From the NCBI GenBank assembly GCA_965140415.1, contig OZ223209.1, positions 1,536,001 through 1,600,000 on the forward strand: 64,000 nt of DNA, given 5' to 3'. Positions 28,392-39,599 of the stretch are shown one piece after another. This stretch comes from Myxococcota bacterium. Its GTDB lineage: Bacteria > Myxococcota_A > SURF-8. Below the pieces are notes generated by a model that did no database searches, had not been told where the DNA came from, and worked only from the letters and a program-made list of their open reading frames with translations. A program made the translations under genes and the position numbers. Numbering within the stretch: the first letter of the stretch is position 1; every line of letters starts with the position of its first letter.

Positions 28392-28829
28392 TTACGGATC
28401 TTGAGATTCGAATCCCCATTGCTTGAAGTAACTGCAATCCCGGCAATCTTGTTGACTGCATAACACTCCAGGCAATTGACGGCGCAGAATGAAGCAATTT
28501 AAAACTTTTCCCTTAAATATCGGACAGGTTTCACACGATTCTACCGTTGCAATACGATGTTTCGATTTCAGATTATGAAATTCCCAGCAGTGCTCACGAT
28601 TAGCAACTTCGGTATCCAACAAATCCGTTGACATCCCATGAGAACGCATGAACGTTCGAAGGTCTTCGACCATCACCCGGTGCTGGCCACCTGCCGTCTT
28701 TTGAGCCGGCAAGCCTTTGGTTTTTATCCAGACCAGGATTGTATCGGAGGTGACGAAGCAGTAGCGGGCCGCTTGACCGGTAGACAGTGCCTTCGTTTTT
28801 TGGTTCGTATCCGTTTTTTCGATAGACAT
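28392..28829 (-). CDS. Excisionase/MerR-like HTH DNA-binding protein with Cys-rich C-terminal domain
   Basis: LSTGQAARYCFVTSDTILVWIK...KTAGGQHR; tail CWEFH..CETCP..CF..C...CRDC; ATG at 28829 preferred. Confidence 0.8.
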   Translation of the reverse strand: MSIEKTDTNQKTKALSTGQAARYCFVTSDTILVWIKTKGLPAQKTAGGQHRVMVEDLRTFMRSHGMSTDLLDTEVANREHCWEFHNLKSKHRIATVESCETCPIFKGKVLNCFILRRQLPGVLCSQQDCRDCSYFKQWGFESQDP

Positions 28830-28997
28830 TGTGCACCCGAGGGGCCATCGACCCGGCAGATTCGGCTTTTTCAGCCTTTTCCTGGGTTCGTCGCTGCCGA
28901 GTATTGCAAATTCACGGGAATTTGTCAATTCATTTTGCTACAGACTTTGGTTTGGAATAATTGCGTTTTCAACAGGTTATCGCAATAATACTACAGC

Positions 28998-29014
28998 TGT
29001 AACAAATTGTTACA
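28998..29014. promoter_or_regulatory. Palindromic operator in divergent intergenic region
   Basis: TGTAACA-AAT-TGTTACA perfect 7-3-7 inverted repeat. Confidence 0.55.
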
Positions 29015-29364
29015 CCTCTTTGTGGGCTGGATTGTGACAGCTATATGACGAACTTTGGTTTCCAGATGAAACGCCATGGAAATGCTAGTGCCTGATCCTC
29101 TGGAATATCTTTAGGTTATGGTAATTTTCATATTTCGGAGTGTGTTCTTGCGCCGAAGTGAGCACTCATTCACTTTTTTTAGAGAAAATTTTCTGCTACA
29201 GTTAAGGGATACAGTTGCAGCTACAGTGGTTTCAATCGAGGACGATATCGATCGGCACCGGTGGTTGACAAGCACGCTTTTATCCTTGCGTAACAGGTTG
29301 GAAATCTTTCATAATGTCGGCACCGAAGAAGTCAGTTTCCACTTGAAATTGCAAAGGACGGAAA

Positions 29365-30690
29365 ATGGATGTGTTGCTGATCGCCCCTCCGCTAGGATTC
29401 GAAACGGCTTATCCGTTGCGGCTGGCGTCATTGGCGGCGAGTTTGAAGCAACAGCAGTATCGCGTGGATGCGCTGGATCTGGTATGGGCGTCGAATACGA
29501 AAGAGGGCTGGCGTAAGCAACTCGCTCGCAGCTTGCAAGAATGGAACGATCAGCCACCGCAGGTCGTTGTGCTGGAAAGTTCAATTCGAAACGTGAGCGC
29601 CGTGCGCGATTGTGCAGCGCAAATCAAAGAAAAGCTGAATTGCCCGATTGCCATCTGTGGTAGTGCTGCCGCCATCTCTCCTGGCACCTTTGCCGAATTT
29701 CAATCCGTAGATCTGATCATTACCGGAGATGCCGAAGATGTATTGGCAACTTGGCTTGCTGCACGGCACAAGGACACTTCCTTGATTTCCGGCTTATGGC
29801 AGCGGAAAAGCGATGGTTCATGGCAACATGCCGAACCGGTTTTTCGCAGCATCAAAGAGCTTCCTGCACCGGATCGCAGCGTTTTTCCGTTGCATCGCTA
29901 CAGTACCCCATTGTTCGCCGGAAGAAAGCCGCAGGCGGCAGTGGAATTTTCAAGGGGATGCAGCCTGAATTGTCGCTTCTGTCCGACTCCGCACCGCTAT
30001 CGCACTACCTGCCGCTACCGTGACCCGGAAAGAATTGTCGAGGAACTTCAACGTTTGAAAGCGGATTTCGGTATTATGGCAGTGGCTGTCGAAGATGAGC
30101 AGCCTTTACTTGACCGCAAAAATCTGTTTCGTGTCTGTGAGTTACTGCGGCGCAATTCACTTGGAATGGAACTGGATTTTCCCAATGGCGTCTGGCCGTC
30201 CTTGCTGGATCATGACATGATCGACGAACTCGCCTCCGCCGGTTGCCGTCGCATTGCATTCGGAATCGAATCCGCTTCGCCACGGTTGCGAAAGGAAATG
30301 AATCGTCCGATAGAGATGGCGCAGCTAGAAGAGCTACTTGGCCGATGCCGCAAGCACAACATCTTGACCACCGGTTATTTTATGGTCGGTTTGCCCACGG
30401 AAACGCCAAGCGAACGGCTGGCCACGTTGCGGATGGCATGTTCGTTACCTTTGGACTATTCGCATCTTTCCGTTTATTGGCCATCCGATCACTTACAAAT
30501 GGAAATTACGGAAAATCAAAGGAAATTGGCGCATTGGCGTTCTGCTGCCTATACCTTGTTCTATCTGTCTCCTCGCAGAGCCGCACGCTTGCTGGCGAAA
30601 GGGGAACTGGCTTTGCCGGATATTCCGAAAGCCGCGTTGCGTCTTTTTCAATGGAGAAGTGGTGGTGCAATTGGCGGTGGGGGCTGGTGA
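29365..30690 (+). CDS. Cobalamin-binding radical SAM protein
   Basis: N-terminal B12-binding-like domain (PLRLASLAASL, GDAE); SRGCSLNCRFC; FGIES; FMVGLPTET. Confidence 0.88.
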   Translation: MDVLLIAPPLGFETAYPLRLASLAASLKQQQYRVDALDLVWASNTKEGWRKQLARSLQEWNDQPPQVVVLESSIRNVSAVRDCAAQIKEKLNCPIAICGSAAAISPGTFAEFQSVDLIITGDAEDVLATWLAARHKDTSLISGLWQRKSDGSWQHAEPVFRSIKELPAPDRSVFPLHRYSTPLFAGRKPQAAVEFSRGCSLNCRFCPTPHRYRTTCRYRDPERIVEELQRLKADFGIMAVAVEDEQPLLDRKNLFRVCELLRRNSLGMELDFPNGVWPSLLDHDMIDELASAGCRRIAFGIESASPRLRKEMNRPIEMAQLEELLGRCRKHNILTTGYFMVGLPTETPSERLATLRMACSLPLDYSHLSVYWPSDHLQMEITENQRKLAHWRSAAYTLFYLSPRRAARLLAKGELALPDIPKAALRLFQWRSGGAIGGGGW

Positions 30691-31012
30691 TAGGTGCTTT
30701 TTACCCATTGTTAGTTGTTGATGAATATTGAAAAGTTCTTTTAGAAACAAACAGGCATTGTTACGAAAAAATAACCCATGTTACACCTGTGTCTGGATTA
30801 TTCGGTCGACTGTCCGAATTCCTTGTTGTTTTACGTTGTTATTAGATCTGAAATATTCCAAGTGGTTCGATTTTATTGACGAATTGTGAATGATGAGGTA
30901 ACCTTTTACAGGTGTGATAGGTACACCTCCCTCTCGCTCGGTGCAGCCCGAAAAAAGTGTAGATAAAACTTTGCTATTATACTTGGTGTGGGGCTAACGG
31001 CTGAAAACAATC

Positions 31013-34000
31013 ATGGTTGAGAAGCGATTAAAACAATCCAAATCGAATTTCCGAGCAATTGGAATTTTGCTTCCATCTTTTCTAACTGTTCTATTATTTG
31101 TTGTTTCAATTTTTTCGATTATCCTGCCCTCCGTTCGAGAAAACCTTTTAGATCGCAAACGAGAAATGCTGAAGGGGTCTATTCAGATGGCTTACAGCCT
31201 TCTGGATTATTACGACCAGCAACAGAAGGAAGGTCACTTAACCCTCGAGCAGGCGCAAGCCAAGGCAATCGAGAAAGTCCGTGGAATGCGCTATGGGGTG
31301 GAGGGGAAAGACTATATCTGGATTCACGACACTCATCCCCGCATGGTGATGCATCCTTATCGCCCGGAAATGGAAGGGCAGGATCTGACCAAGTACAGCG
31401 ATCCGGAAGGAACCCGCCTGTTTTGGGAGAGTGTGAAATTACTGAAAAATAGTCCGGACGCGTTTATTCACTACTACTGGCAGTGGAAAGACGATCCCAA
31501 CCGGATCGAGCCCAAGCTCTCATATGTAAAAAAGTTTCCGCAATGGAATTGGATTCTGGGAACCGGATTATACATCAACGATGTCAATCAGGAAATCTCC
31601 AAATTAACCAACAAACTGGTCGTAATTTCCTCTGCGATTTTAGGGATTGTTATCGCTCTTGTATTGCTGATTGTTTTGCAGGCTTATCAATCGGAATATA
31701 AGCGCGAACAGGCGCGGATTGCCAGAGAGGAAGCGGAGCGGAAACTGAGTACGTTGATCGGCAATCTGCCAGGAATGGTGTATCGCAGTCAAGCCGATGA
31801 GCGCTGGACATTCGATTATGTCAGCGCCGGGTGTCTGGAATTGACCGGGTATCAGAATGAGGAGTTGATTGGCGGGCTTGGTTTCAGCGATTTGATTCAT
31901 GACGAAGACCGGCAGAATATGATGCAGGCGCTGGAAGCAGCATTGACGCAGGGAAATTCCTTTCAACTGACATTCCGAATTCATTCCAGACCTGACGCCA
32001 GAGTGAAGTGGGTGGGCGTTTTCGGAGAGGCGATAGAGGACGATCATGGAGAGATCGTTGCATATGAAGGATTCGCCACGGATATCTCACAGCGAATCAG
32101 CGCTCAATTGGCGTTGACGGAAAGTGAGGAGCGTTTCCGAGGCATTGTAGAAAACGCCAACGATATCATTTTCACAACGGATGGAAATGGCAATCTTTTA
32201 TATGTCTCGAACAAGTGGACCCAGCTTCTCGGACAGCAAGCTTCCGATTTGATCGGCCATTCGGTGTTTGAATTCATTCATTCTGAAGATGTGGTTATGT
32301 TCCGCAACGGTTTACTGGAAACGCAGACCAAGGATGCCTCGCGTCCGAGCATCGAGTGCCGCTTTCAAAATAAGGATGATGCCAGTCGCTGGATGATGAT
32401 CAATTCAAGTATTATTCAGCAGCAGCCACACGGTCGTATCCTGTTGGCGATTGCCCATGACATTACCGAGCGCCGGTTAAACGAAGAAGCAATCCGTAAA
32501 AGTGAAGCACAATATCGCTTGTTGGCGGACAATGCCACGGACATTATCTTTACGACGGACATGGCGGGGCGATTGACCTATGTCAGCCCGTCGGTGAAGT
32601 ATCTTCTGGGATATCAACCGGAAGAAGTGCTTTCCATGGACGGCTTGGCGTTTTTAAGCCTCAAGTCTCGACGACATTTCCTGGAAGTGATGGAAAAGGA
32701 GTTCTTACAAAAGGAAAACTCCGAATCCCAGCAGCCGCATACCGTAACCTTGACGCTAAGAGCGATGGGGCGTGCCGGAGAATCGAAATGGCTGGAAATC
32801 ACCACTCGAAGTTTATATGACCCGCAGGATGGAAAGCCGATCGGATTGATCGGAGCGACACGCGACGTAACCGAAACCCGATTTGTACAGGACGCGCTCC
32901 AAAAGGAACGGGATTTCGTTGCTGGTATCTTCGAGAATTCCGCAGCACTGGTTACCGTGCTGGATCAGGAAGGGAAGATCATTCGCTTCAATCGTGCCTG
33001 CGAGGAACTTTCGGGCTATCGGCTCAAGGATGTGAAAGATCGTTTCCTCTGGGATACCTTGATGCTCTCGGAAGAAACCGATCGAATGAAAGTGATTTTC
33101 CGAAAGCTGAAAAACAAGGAGAAGCACGAAACTCCGATCAACCACTGGGTCACTCGCAAGGGAATCAAGCGGTTAATCACCTGGTCTACCACCGCCCATT
33201 TCGATGCCTATGGGCAAGTCGACTACGTGACCCTGGTCGGAATCGACATCACCGATCGTCATAAGGCGGAAGAAGAAAAAGCTCGTTTGGAAGAACAGTT
33301 GCACCAATCCCGCAAAATGGATGCCTTGGGTACACTGGCTGGAGGGATTGCGCATGATTTCAACAATATTCTAGGGATTATCATGGGTTGTACTGAAATG
33401 GCGCAAGATGAGTTGCCCAAAGATAATCCCAGCCAGGAAGATCTCAATCAGATTCTTTCGGCAAGCCGAAGAGCGCGCGATCTGGTCGGACAGATTCTGG
33501 CGTTCAGTCGACAGAAGAAAGTGGAAAAGATCCCGGTCGATATGCGCATCATTGTCAAAGAGACTCTGAAGATGTTGCGCGCCTCATTGCCGTCAACCAT
33601 CGAGATCATTCAGGATATTTCTCCGGCTCCTTGCATTATCGAAGCCGATCCAACCCAGATTCATCAGATTCTAATCAATCTGGTCACCAACGCTTCTCAC
33701 GCCATGAAAGAAGAAGGCGGCGAACTCGATATCGTATTTGGGGAAGTGGTGTTGGATGAAGAATCCGCCCGGCATTTGCAAATTCCCCAATCCGGTCCCT
33801 TTGCCAGATTGGTCGTGAAAGATTCCGGTCATGGAATGAGCGGAGAAGTGCAGCAGCGCATTTTCGAACCTTTCTATACCACCAAGGATCTTCAGGACGG
33901 TACCGGACTGGGATTATCGGTGGTTCATGGAATCGTCCAAGATCACTATGGCGTAATCAATGTGAATTCCGAAGTGAATGTCGGTTCCACGTTTGAAGTT

Positions 34001-34435
34001 TACTTGCCGATTTTTGAAGGTCAGGTGCAGGAAAGCAACCTCGAAGACCATATGCCCTATCTGGGTAATGAAAGAATTCTCCTGGTCGATGATGAGGAAG
34101 GCCTGGTTCGGATGAGCCAGCGCATGTTGAAGCGTTTGGGATATTTCGTTACCAGCGAAACCAGTAGCGAGAAAGCATTGAATATTTTCAAGGAAGCTCC
34201 TGATCGCTTCGATCTTGTGATTACGGACAACACGATGCCTCGTATGACGGGAATTCGTTTATCGGAAGAGATTCTTAAGATTAGACAGGATATTCCCATT
34301 ATCATGGCCAGCGGTTATGGTGATCGCAATATGCTGGAGCAAGCGGAAGTAATTGGGATCAAAGAATTTCTTTTCAAACCTTTGACGGTGCATGATACTG
34401 CTCGAACGATTCGGCGTATCTTGGATGACAGGTAA
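31013..34435 (+). CDS. Membrane Cache + 4 PAS hybrid histidine kinase
   Basis: Two TM segments around a Cache domain (MRYG..DYIWI..MVMHP..WNWILGTG); PAS repeats; AHDFNNIL; receiver. Confidence 0.95.
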   Translation: MVEKRLKQSKSNFRAIGILLPSFLTVLLFVVSIFSIILPSVRENLLDRKREMLKGSIQMAYSLLDYYDQQQKEGHLTLEQAQAKAIEKVRGMRYGVEGKDYIWIHDTHPRMVMHPYRPEMEGQDLTKYSDPEGTRLFWESVKLLKNSPDAFIHYYWQWKDDPNRIEPKLSYVKKFPQWNWILGTGLYINDVNQEISKLTNKLVVISSAILGIVIALVLLIVLQAYQSEYKREQARIAREEAERKLSTLIGNLPGMVYRSQADERWTFDYVSAGCLELTGYQNEELIGGLGFSDLIHDEDRQNMMQALEAALTQGNSFQLTFRIHSRPDARVKWVGVFGEAIEDDHGEIVAYEGFATDISQRISAQLALTESEERFRGIVENANDIIFTTDGNGNLLYVSNKWTQLLGQQASDLIGHSVFEFIHSEDVVMFRNGLLETQTKDASRPSIECRFQNKDDASRWMMINSSIIQQQPHGRILLAIAHDITERRLNEEAIRKSEAQYRLLADNATDIIFTTDMAGRLTYVSPSVKYLLGYQPEEVLSMDGLAFLSLKSRRHFLEVMEKEFLQKENSESQQPHTVTLTLRAMGRAGESKWLEITTRSLYDPQDGKPIGLIGATRDVTETRFVQDALQKERDFVAGIFENSAALVTVLDQEGKIIRFNRACEELSGYRLKDVKDRFLWDTLMLSEETDRMKVIFRKLKNKEKHETPINHWVTRKGIKRLITWSTTAHFDAYGQVDYVTLVGIDITDRHKAEEEKARLEEQLHQSRKMDALGTLAGGIAHDFNNILGIIMGCTEMAQDELPKDNPSQEDLNQILSASRRARDLVGQILAFSRQKKVEKIPVDMRIIVKETLKMLRASLPSTIEIIQDISPAPCIIEADPTQIHQILINLVTNASHAMKEEGGELDIVFGEVVLDEESARHLQIPQSGPFARLVVKDSGHGMSGEVQQRIFEPFYTTKDLQDGTGLGLSVVHGIVQDHYGVINVNSEVNVGSTFEVYLPIFEGQVQESNLEDHMPYLGNERILLVDDEEGLVRMSQRMLKRLGYFVTSETSSEKALNIFKEAPDRFDLVITDNTMPRMTGIRLSEEILKIRQDIPIIMASGYGDRNMLEQAEVIGIKEFLFKPLTVHDTARTIRRILDDR

Positions 34436-34458
34436 AAGGGGAGGTAGGTTTTAATTCA

Positions 34459-35895
34459 ATGGCGAATATTCTGATCATTGATGACGATCGGATGATGGCG
34501 GAGATGCTCTCGCGCAAAGTGAGCCGTCTGGGGCATGGTTGTCAGATGGTGTTTACTTTGTCCGAAGGACTTAAGCAACTGGAGACGGAAGCGTTCGATG
34601 TCGTGTTTCTCGATGTCGGGTTACCGGACGGCAATGGGCTGGACATTCTTCCTGATATCAATGCGATCCCAAACGCTCCGGAAGTGGTGATCATTACCGG
34701 GGCTGGCGATCCCGACGGTGCCGAGTTGGCGATCCAGAGCGGGGTATGGGACTACATCGAAAAAGCCTCTTCGCTAAATGCCATGATTCTTCCATTGACC
34801 CGTGCTTTGCAGTATCGAGAAGAAAAGCAGCAGCGAAAAGCTCCGATGGTACTGCTGCGTGAGGGGATTATCGGCAATAGCCCTCAGATTCGTTCCATGC
34901 TGGAAATGGTAGCGCAGGCGGCCACAACGGACACAAACGTATTGATTACGGGAGAAACGGGAACCGGCAAGGAATTGTTCGCCAATGCCATTCACCTGAA
35001 CAGTACCCGTGCAGATCAGAATTTTGTTGTGGTTGATTGTGCCGCCTTACCGGATACGCTGGTGGAAAGCATGCTGTTTGGGCATGTCAAAGGAGCGTTC
35101 ACCGGCGCGGATAAAAGTCGTGAAGGTTTGATCTTGCAGGCAGATGGGGGCACGCTATTTTTGGATGAAATCGGTGAGTTGCCGATGTCGTTGCAGAAAG
35201 CGTTTTTGCGTGTGTTACAAGAAAGACGCTTTCGCCCGATCGGCAGTCACAGCGAGGTCACCAGTAATTTTCGTCTGATTGCCGCCACAAACCGGAACTT
35301 GCAGGAAATGGTGCAAGCAGGCTCTTTCAGAGAAGATCTGCTTTTCCGCTTGCGCTCTTTCCCCATTGAACTGCCTCCTTTACGTGTTCGCAAATCCGAC
35401 ATTAAAGATCTGATTGTTCATTACAGCAGCAAAATTTGTGAGAAATTCAATATTCCTCCCAAAGGGTTTTCACCGGAATTATTGGAAATTCTGACTTCCT
35501 ACGACTGGCCTGGGAATGTTCGGGAATTCATCAATACACTGGAGCGCGGAATCACCGCTGCCTACCAGGATCATATCATTTATCCGAAACATCTGCCGAC
35601 CCATTTTCGCGTACATATAGCGCGTTCCTCGGTTGAACAGGGACAGGTGCAGGCTCAGGCTCAGGTCCAGACAGAGGAAATAAGTGGTACCGGTTTGCTG
35701 CAATCGGATCGATTTCCTTCCTATAAAGAGTACAGGGAGCAAGTGATTGCGGATATGGACCAACGGTATCTTCAAGATCTGATGACCCTGGCGAAGTCCG
35801 ATATTAAAGAAGCTTGTCGCTTGGCTGACCTGTCGCGTTCTCGGTTGTACAGTTTGCTCAAAGCTCAAGGCTTCACCGATCGCAACGACGATTAA
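34459..35895 (+). CDS. Sigma54-dependent NtrC-family response regulator
   Basis: Receiver (IIDDD, LDVGLPDG), GETGTGKE, GAFTGA, LFLDEIG, WPGNVRE, Fis-like HTH. Confidence 0.95.
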   Translation: MANILIIDDDRMMAEMLSRKVSRLGHGCQMVFTLSEGLKQLETEAFDVVFLDVGLPDGNGLDILPDINAIPNAPEVVIITGAGDPDGAELAIQSGVWDYIEKASSLNAMILPLTRALQYREEKQQRKAPMVLLREGIIGNSPQIRSMLEMVAQAATTDTNVLITGETGTGKELFANAIHLNSTRADQNFVVVDCAALPDTLVESMLFGHVKGAFTGADKSREGLILQADGGTLFLDEIGELPMSLQKAFLRVLQERRFRPIGSHSEVTSNFRLIAATNRNLQEMVQAGSFREDLLFRLRSFPIELPPLRVRKSDIKDLIVHYSSKICEKFNIPPKGFSPELLEILTSYDWPGNVREFINTLERGITAAYQDHIIYPKHLPTHFRVHIARSSVEQGQVQAQAQVQTEEISGTGLLQSDRFPSYKEYREQVIADMDQRYLQDLMTLAKSDIKEACRLADLSRSRLYSLLKAQGFTDRNDD

Positions 35896-35941
35896 TTCTC
35901 CTGTGATTTTTGCTTGTTTCCGCGAATAATTCCCCGCGAAA

Positions 35942-36002
35942 GTCCATCATTCAAAGACACTGTCTTCTTTCATAAGACGTTATCTGTCCAGCTAATGTGG
36001 AT
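35942..36002. promoter_or_regulatory. Putative upstream activator sequences (three GTC-N11-GAY sites)
   Basis: GTC-N11-GAC at 35942-35958 and 35962-35978, GTC-N11-GAT at 35986-36002, about 200-260 nt upstream of the sigma54 promoter. Confidence 0.5.
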
Positions 36003-36197
36003 GTGAACCGAATTAAGACGACGAGTTGCTCGTTACTAGCATCAAGAAAACGCAGGACGTGCGTGTTTTGTGCTTTTGGGTGGATGTCTTAACTTGTTGT
36101 AAATATTTATTATTATATCTTTTTATTGAATGCGCGTATCTCGATCAGGTGTGAAAGTACCCCGCTGAGAATTAGCTTTCCCTTTCATGCGCTCAAG

Positions 36198-36215
36198 TTG
36201 GCCCGGAAGTTGCTT
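36198..36215 (+). promoter_or_regulatory. Sigma54 (-24/-12) promoter
   Basis: TTGGCCCGGAAGTTGCTT; GG at 36200-36201 and GC at 36212-36213 (GG-N10-GC). Confidence 0.8.
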
Positions 36216-36267
36216 ATTGCTTATTACCGAGCAGTAAATTTGACTTCTTGAAGGAAAGGCCCAGCAG

Positions 36268-36639
36268 ATGACGATACTCGCACTAATCCCGAAAGAGACT
36301 TATTCTGGAGAGCGATTACGGTCTGTACTGGAAAACGGCCAAGATCAAACTTACCTGGAAACCTTCGATACAATCGAAACCTTTTTATCGCGAACCCATC
36401 AATACCTCGAGCCGGGCAGCATCGGTGTGTTACTGGCGAAATCCGATGATGACCTGACCGAACTGGCTGTTGTTGCGGATCGCTTGAATTCACTTACACT
36501 GCTGTTGGTAATTCCCAGTACGGAAAAACATATCGTCTCGCTTGCACACAAGTTGCGACCAAGATACCTGACCAGTTTCGACGATGACTTTCGTGAATTA
36601 AGTAATGTCCTGAATCATTTAGTGAATCGTAACAATTAA
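36268..36639 (+). CDS. Hypothetical protein, possibly degenerate receiver-like fold
   Basis: 123 aa alternating beta/alpha pattern; purine-rich RBS; first gene after the sigma54 promoter. Confidence 0.65.
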   Translation: MTILALIPKETYSGERLRSVLENGQDQTYLETFDTIETFLSRTHQYLEPGSIGVLLAKSDDDLTELAVVADRLNSLTLLLVIPSTEKHIVSLAHKLRPRYLTSFDDDFRELSNVLNHLVNRNN

Positions 36640-36666
36640 TAATTACCAGGGGAAAAGGAAAACGAC

Positions 36667-39591
36667 ATGTTGCAATTAAGAAGCGTCAAATCCAAGATTA
36701 TCCTTTTGAGTGTTTCAGCCATTGTGCTGGTGGCGGTTGCCATGGTTGGCATCATTGTTTATCAGAAGGGGGGACTCAAGGAGGATATCGGGCAGGAACT
36801 GGATGAACTGGCCCGCAACGAAACCAGCAAGATCGCCAAGGATGTCTACTTGATGGCGCGTGCCACACAAGAGTCGTTGGATATGCAACTCTCCCACAAC
36901 TTGAAAGTGATCGAGAACGAATTAAATAGAGCAGGTGTGCAGCTTTCCTATGAAAAGGTACAGTGGAATGCCATCAATCAGGAAAGCAAATCCGGCCGAA
37001 TGGTTGAACTGCCCAAAATGCTGGTTGGCAATACTTGGTTAGGACAAAACCGTGAGCTTTCCGAAAAAAGCCCGGTCGTTGATGACATCATTAATCTTAT
37101 CGGAGGGACACTCACCATTTTCCAACGCATGAACGATGCCGGTGAAATGCTGCGAGTCTCGACGAATGTGGTCAACGAACGCGGCGAACGGGCGATTGGG
37201 ACCTACGTTCCTGCGGTAAAGAGCGATGGCTCCCCCAATCCCGTTATTGCTGCGATCAAGAACGGACAGACTTACAGGGGTAAGATCTATTTACTGGGTA
37301 GCATGTATCTGACGGCTTACGGCCCCATCTTCGATAAGCAACACAATGTTGTGGGTATGGCAGTGGCGGCCATCAAGCAGGAGGATATCAGCAGCTTGCG
37401 CAAGGGTATTATGGATGTGGTCGTTGGAAAAACCGGATACGTCTTCGTTCTGGGCGGGTCGGGTCAGCAGAAAGGTGAATACATCATCTCCGCAGGCGGC
37501 AAGCGCGATGGTGAAAATATCTATGATGCCAAAGATAGCAATGGCGAATACTTCATTCACGATGTCGTCGACAAAGCGGTTGCCACCAGCAAAGGCTCGG
37601 TCGATTTCGTACGCTACCCATGGAAGAACGAGGGCGATGCTGAAGCCCGATACAAACTTACGGCTGTCACGTACTTTGAGGAATGGGATTGGGTTATCGG
37701 TGCGGGTGCTTACGAAGATGATTTCCATGCCGCCAAGGCGCGAGTGGATAATTCTCTCGGTCGCATGATCGCTTGGGGTGTCGGTGGCGCGATTCTCATG
37801 CTGATCCTGGCAAGCGTTGCTTCATTATTGGTTTCCAACCGCATTACCAAACCGTTGGTGAAGATGGTGGAAGTGGCTAATGCGCTGGCGGAAGGTGACA
37901 TTGAACAGGAGGTGGAAGTTACCAGTAAAGATGAGGTGGGTGAACTGGGAGAAGCCTTCCAGAAGATGATAGAAGCGCAGAAAACAATGGTGCTGGCTGC
38001 TCAGAGCGTGAGTAGCGGTGATACGGATGTGGTCATCAGTCCGCGCTCCGGCAAAGATCTACTGGCGATCTCTCTACGCGACATGGTGCAGGTCATCCAG
38101 AAGTTGCTTGGTGAAACCAATGGTTTGATTCAGGCCGTGCAGAATGGCGATCTCTCCAAACGCGGCCAGGCGGATAACTTCCAGGGTGGTTACAAAGATC
38201 TGGTTGGTGGGATCAACAACTTGGTCGAAGCATTCGTCAATCCCATCACGATGACGATGAACTATGTGGAACGCATTGCCGCTGGTGACATTCCTGAGAA
38301 AATCACCGATGAGTACCGTGGCGATTTCAACAAGATCAAGAATGCTCTCAATACCTGTGTGGATGCGGTCGGTCTGTTAGTTGTGGATATGCAGGATCTG
38401 GTTACCGCCGCCTTGGATGGCGACTTGTCCAAGCGTGCCGATGCGAAACGTCACAATGGCGACTTTGCCAAGATCGTCAATGGTGTCAATGAAACCTTGA
38501 ACGCCGTAATCGAGCCGATTCGTGAATCCGGGGATGTGCTGGATAAATTGGCCAACCGCGATTTGACTGCGCGTGTAACCGGTGACTATCGCGGCGATCA
38601 TGCCAATATCAAGAATTCGCTGAATATTATGGCCGAGGCCCTGCACGATGCCATGGGCATGGTTGCGGATGCTTCCGACCAGGTGGCCAGCGCCAGTAAC
38701 CAGATTGCATCCTCCAGTCAGGCTGTGGCCGAGGGTGCCAGCGAGCAGGCCAGTTCTCTGGAAGAAACCTCCAGTAGCCTGGAAGAAATGGCCAGCATGA
38801 CCAAGCAGAACGCGGAAAACTCCAACCAGGGTAACGCGATGGCCAAATCGACGCGCCAGGCCGCTAATGACGGTAAAGAAGAGATGGTGCGCATGATGGA
38901 GGCCATGAAGCAGATCCGCGAAGCGGCGGAAGGTACTTCTGCAATCATTCGCGACATCAATGAAATCGCATTCCAGACCAACCTGCTGGCCCTGAATGCC
39001 GCCGTCGAAGCGGCTCGGGCGGGTGAAGCGGGCCGCGGGTTCGCAGTGGTCGCCGAAGAAGTTCGTAACCTGGCTCTGCGCAGCAAAGACGCCGCACAGA
39101 AGACCGAGGAACTCATTCATCAATCGGTGCAGCTCTCCGAGAACGGTGAATCCATTTCCAAATCGGTCAGCGACAAGCTGATGGAGATCACCGAGTCGGT
39201 TGGTAAAGTGACGGAGATCGTCGGAGAAATCGCCACTGCCAGCAACGAGCAATCACGTGGTATCGAGCAGGTCAACCTGGCCGTCGCTCAAATGGACAAG
39301 GTTACGCAGCAGAATGCCGCCAACTCGGAAGAATCTTCCAGCGCGGCAGAGGAGCTGTCCAGTCAGGCGCAGGAACTGGCCAGCATGGTCGCACAGTTCA
39401 CGCTCGCACGCCGTGGCGGTAGTGGTGCCAAGAAAATTTCAGGACCGACAGGCGGCGCACCAAGCAAACCGAAAGCTCAGAAACCCAAGAGTAACAACGG
39501 TGAACTGAGCACCTCCAGAGGTGACGGCATTCGCCTAGCCCCGGAAGACATCATCCCCTTGGACGATGATCCTGATTTCAAAGAATTCTAG
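36667..39591 (+). CDS. Methyl-accepting chemotaxis protein (Cache sensor, poly-HAMP)
   Basis: Two TM segments, Cache domains, HAMP repeats, [35 protein letters not shown]-terminal pentapeptide DFKEF. Confidence 0.96.
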   Translation: MLQLRSVKSKIILLSVSAIVLVAVAMVGIIVYQKGGLKEDIGQELDELARNETSKIAKDVYLMARATQESLDMQLSHNLKVIENELNRAGVQLSYEKVQWNAINQESKSGRMVELPKMLVGNTWLGQNRELSEKSPVVDDIINLIGGTLTIFQRMNDAGEMLRVSTNVVNERGERAIGTYVPAVKSDGSPNPVIAAIKNGQTYRGKIYLLGSMYLTAYGPIFDKQHNVVGMAVAAIKQEDISSLRKGIMDVVVGKTGYVFVLGGSGQQKGEYIISAGGKRDGENIYDAKDSNGEYFIHDVVDKAVATSKGSVDFVRYPWKNEGDAEARYKLTAVTYFEEWDWVIGAGAYEDDFHAAKARVDNSLGRMIAWGVGGAILMLILASVASLLVSNRITKPLVKMVEVANALAEGDIEQEVEVTSKDEVGELGEAFQKMIEAQKTMVLAAQSVSSGDTDVVISPRSGKDLLAISLRDMVQVIQKLLGETNGLIQAVQNGDLSKRGQADNFQGGYKDLVGGINNLVEAFVNPITMTMNYVERIAAGDIPEKITDEYRGDFNKIKNALNTCVDAVGLLVVDMQDLVTAALDGDLSKRADAKRHNGDFAKIVNGVNETLNAVIEPIRESGDVLDKLANRDLTARVTGDYRGDHANIKNSLNIMAEALHDAMGMVADASDQVASASNQIASSSQAVAEGASEQASSLEETSSSLEEMASMTKQNAENSNQGNAMAKSTRQAANDGKEEMVRMMEAMKQIREAAEGTSAIIRDINEIAFQTNLLALNAAVEAARAGEAGRGFAVVAEEVRNLALRSKDAAQKTEELIHQSVQLSENGESISKSVSDKLMEITESVGKVTEIVGEIATASNEQSRGIEQVNLAVAQMDKVTQQNAANSEESSSAAEELSSQAQELASMVAQFTLARRGGSGAKKISGPTGGAPSKPKAQKPKSNNGELSTSRGDGIRLAPEDIIPLDDDPDFKEF

Positions 39592-39599
39592 GTCACTTC

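Noticed and set aside
28392-28829. Excisionase-like HTH as a prophage/ICE marker
   Set aside because: No integrase, att site or phage genes nearby; better read as a regulator
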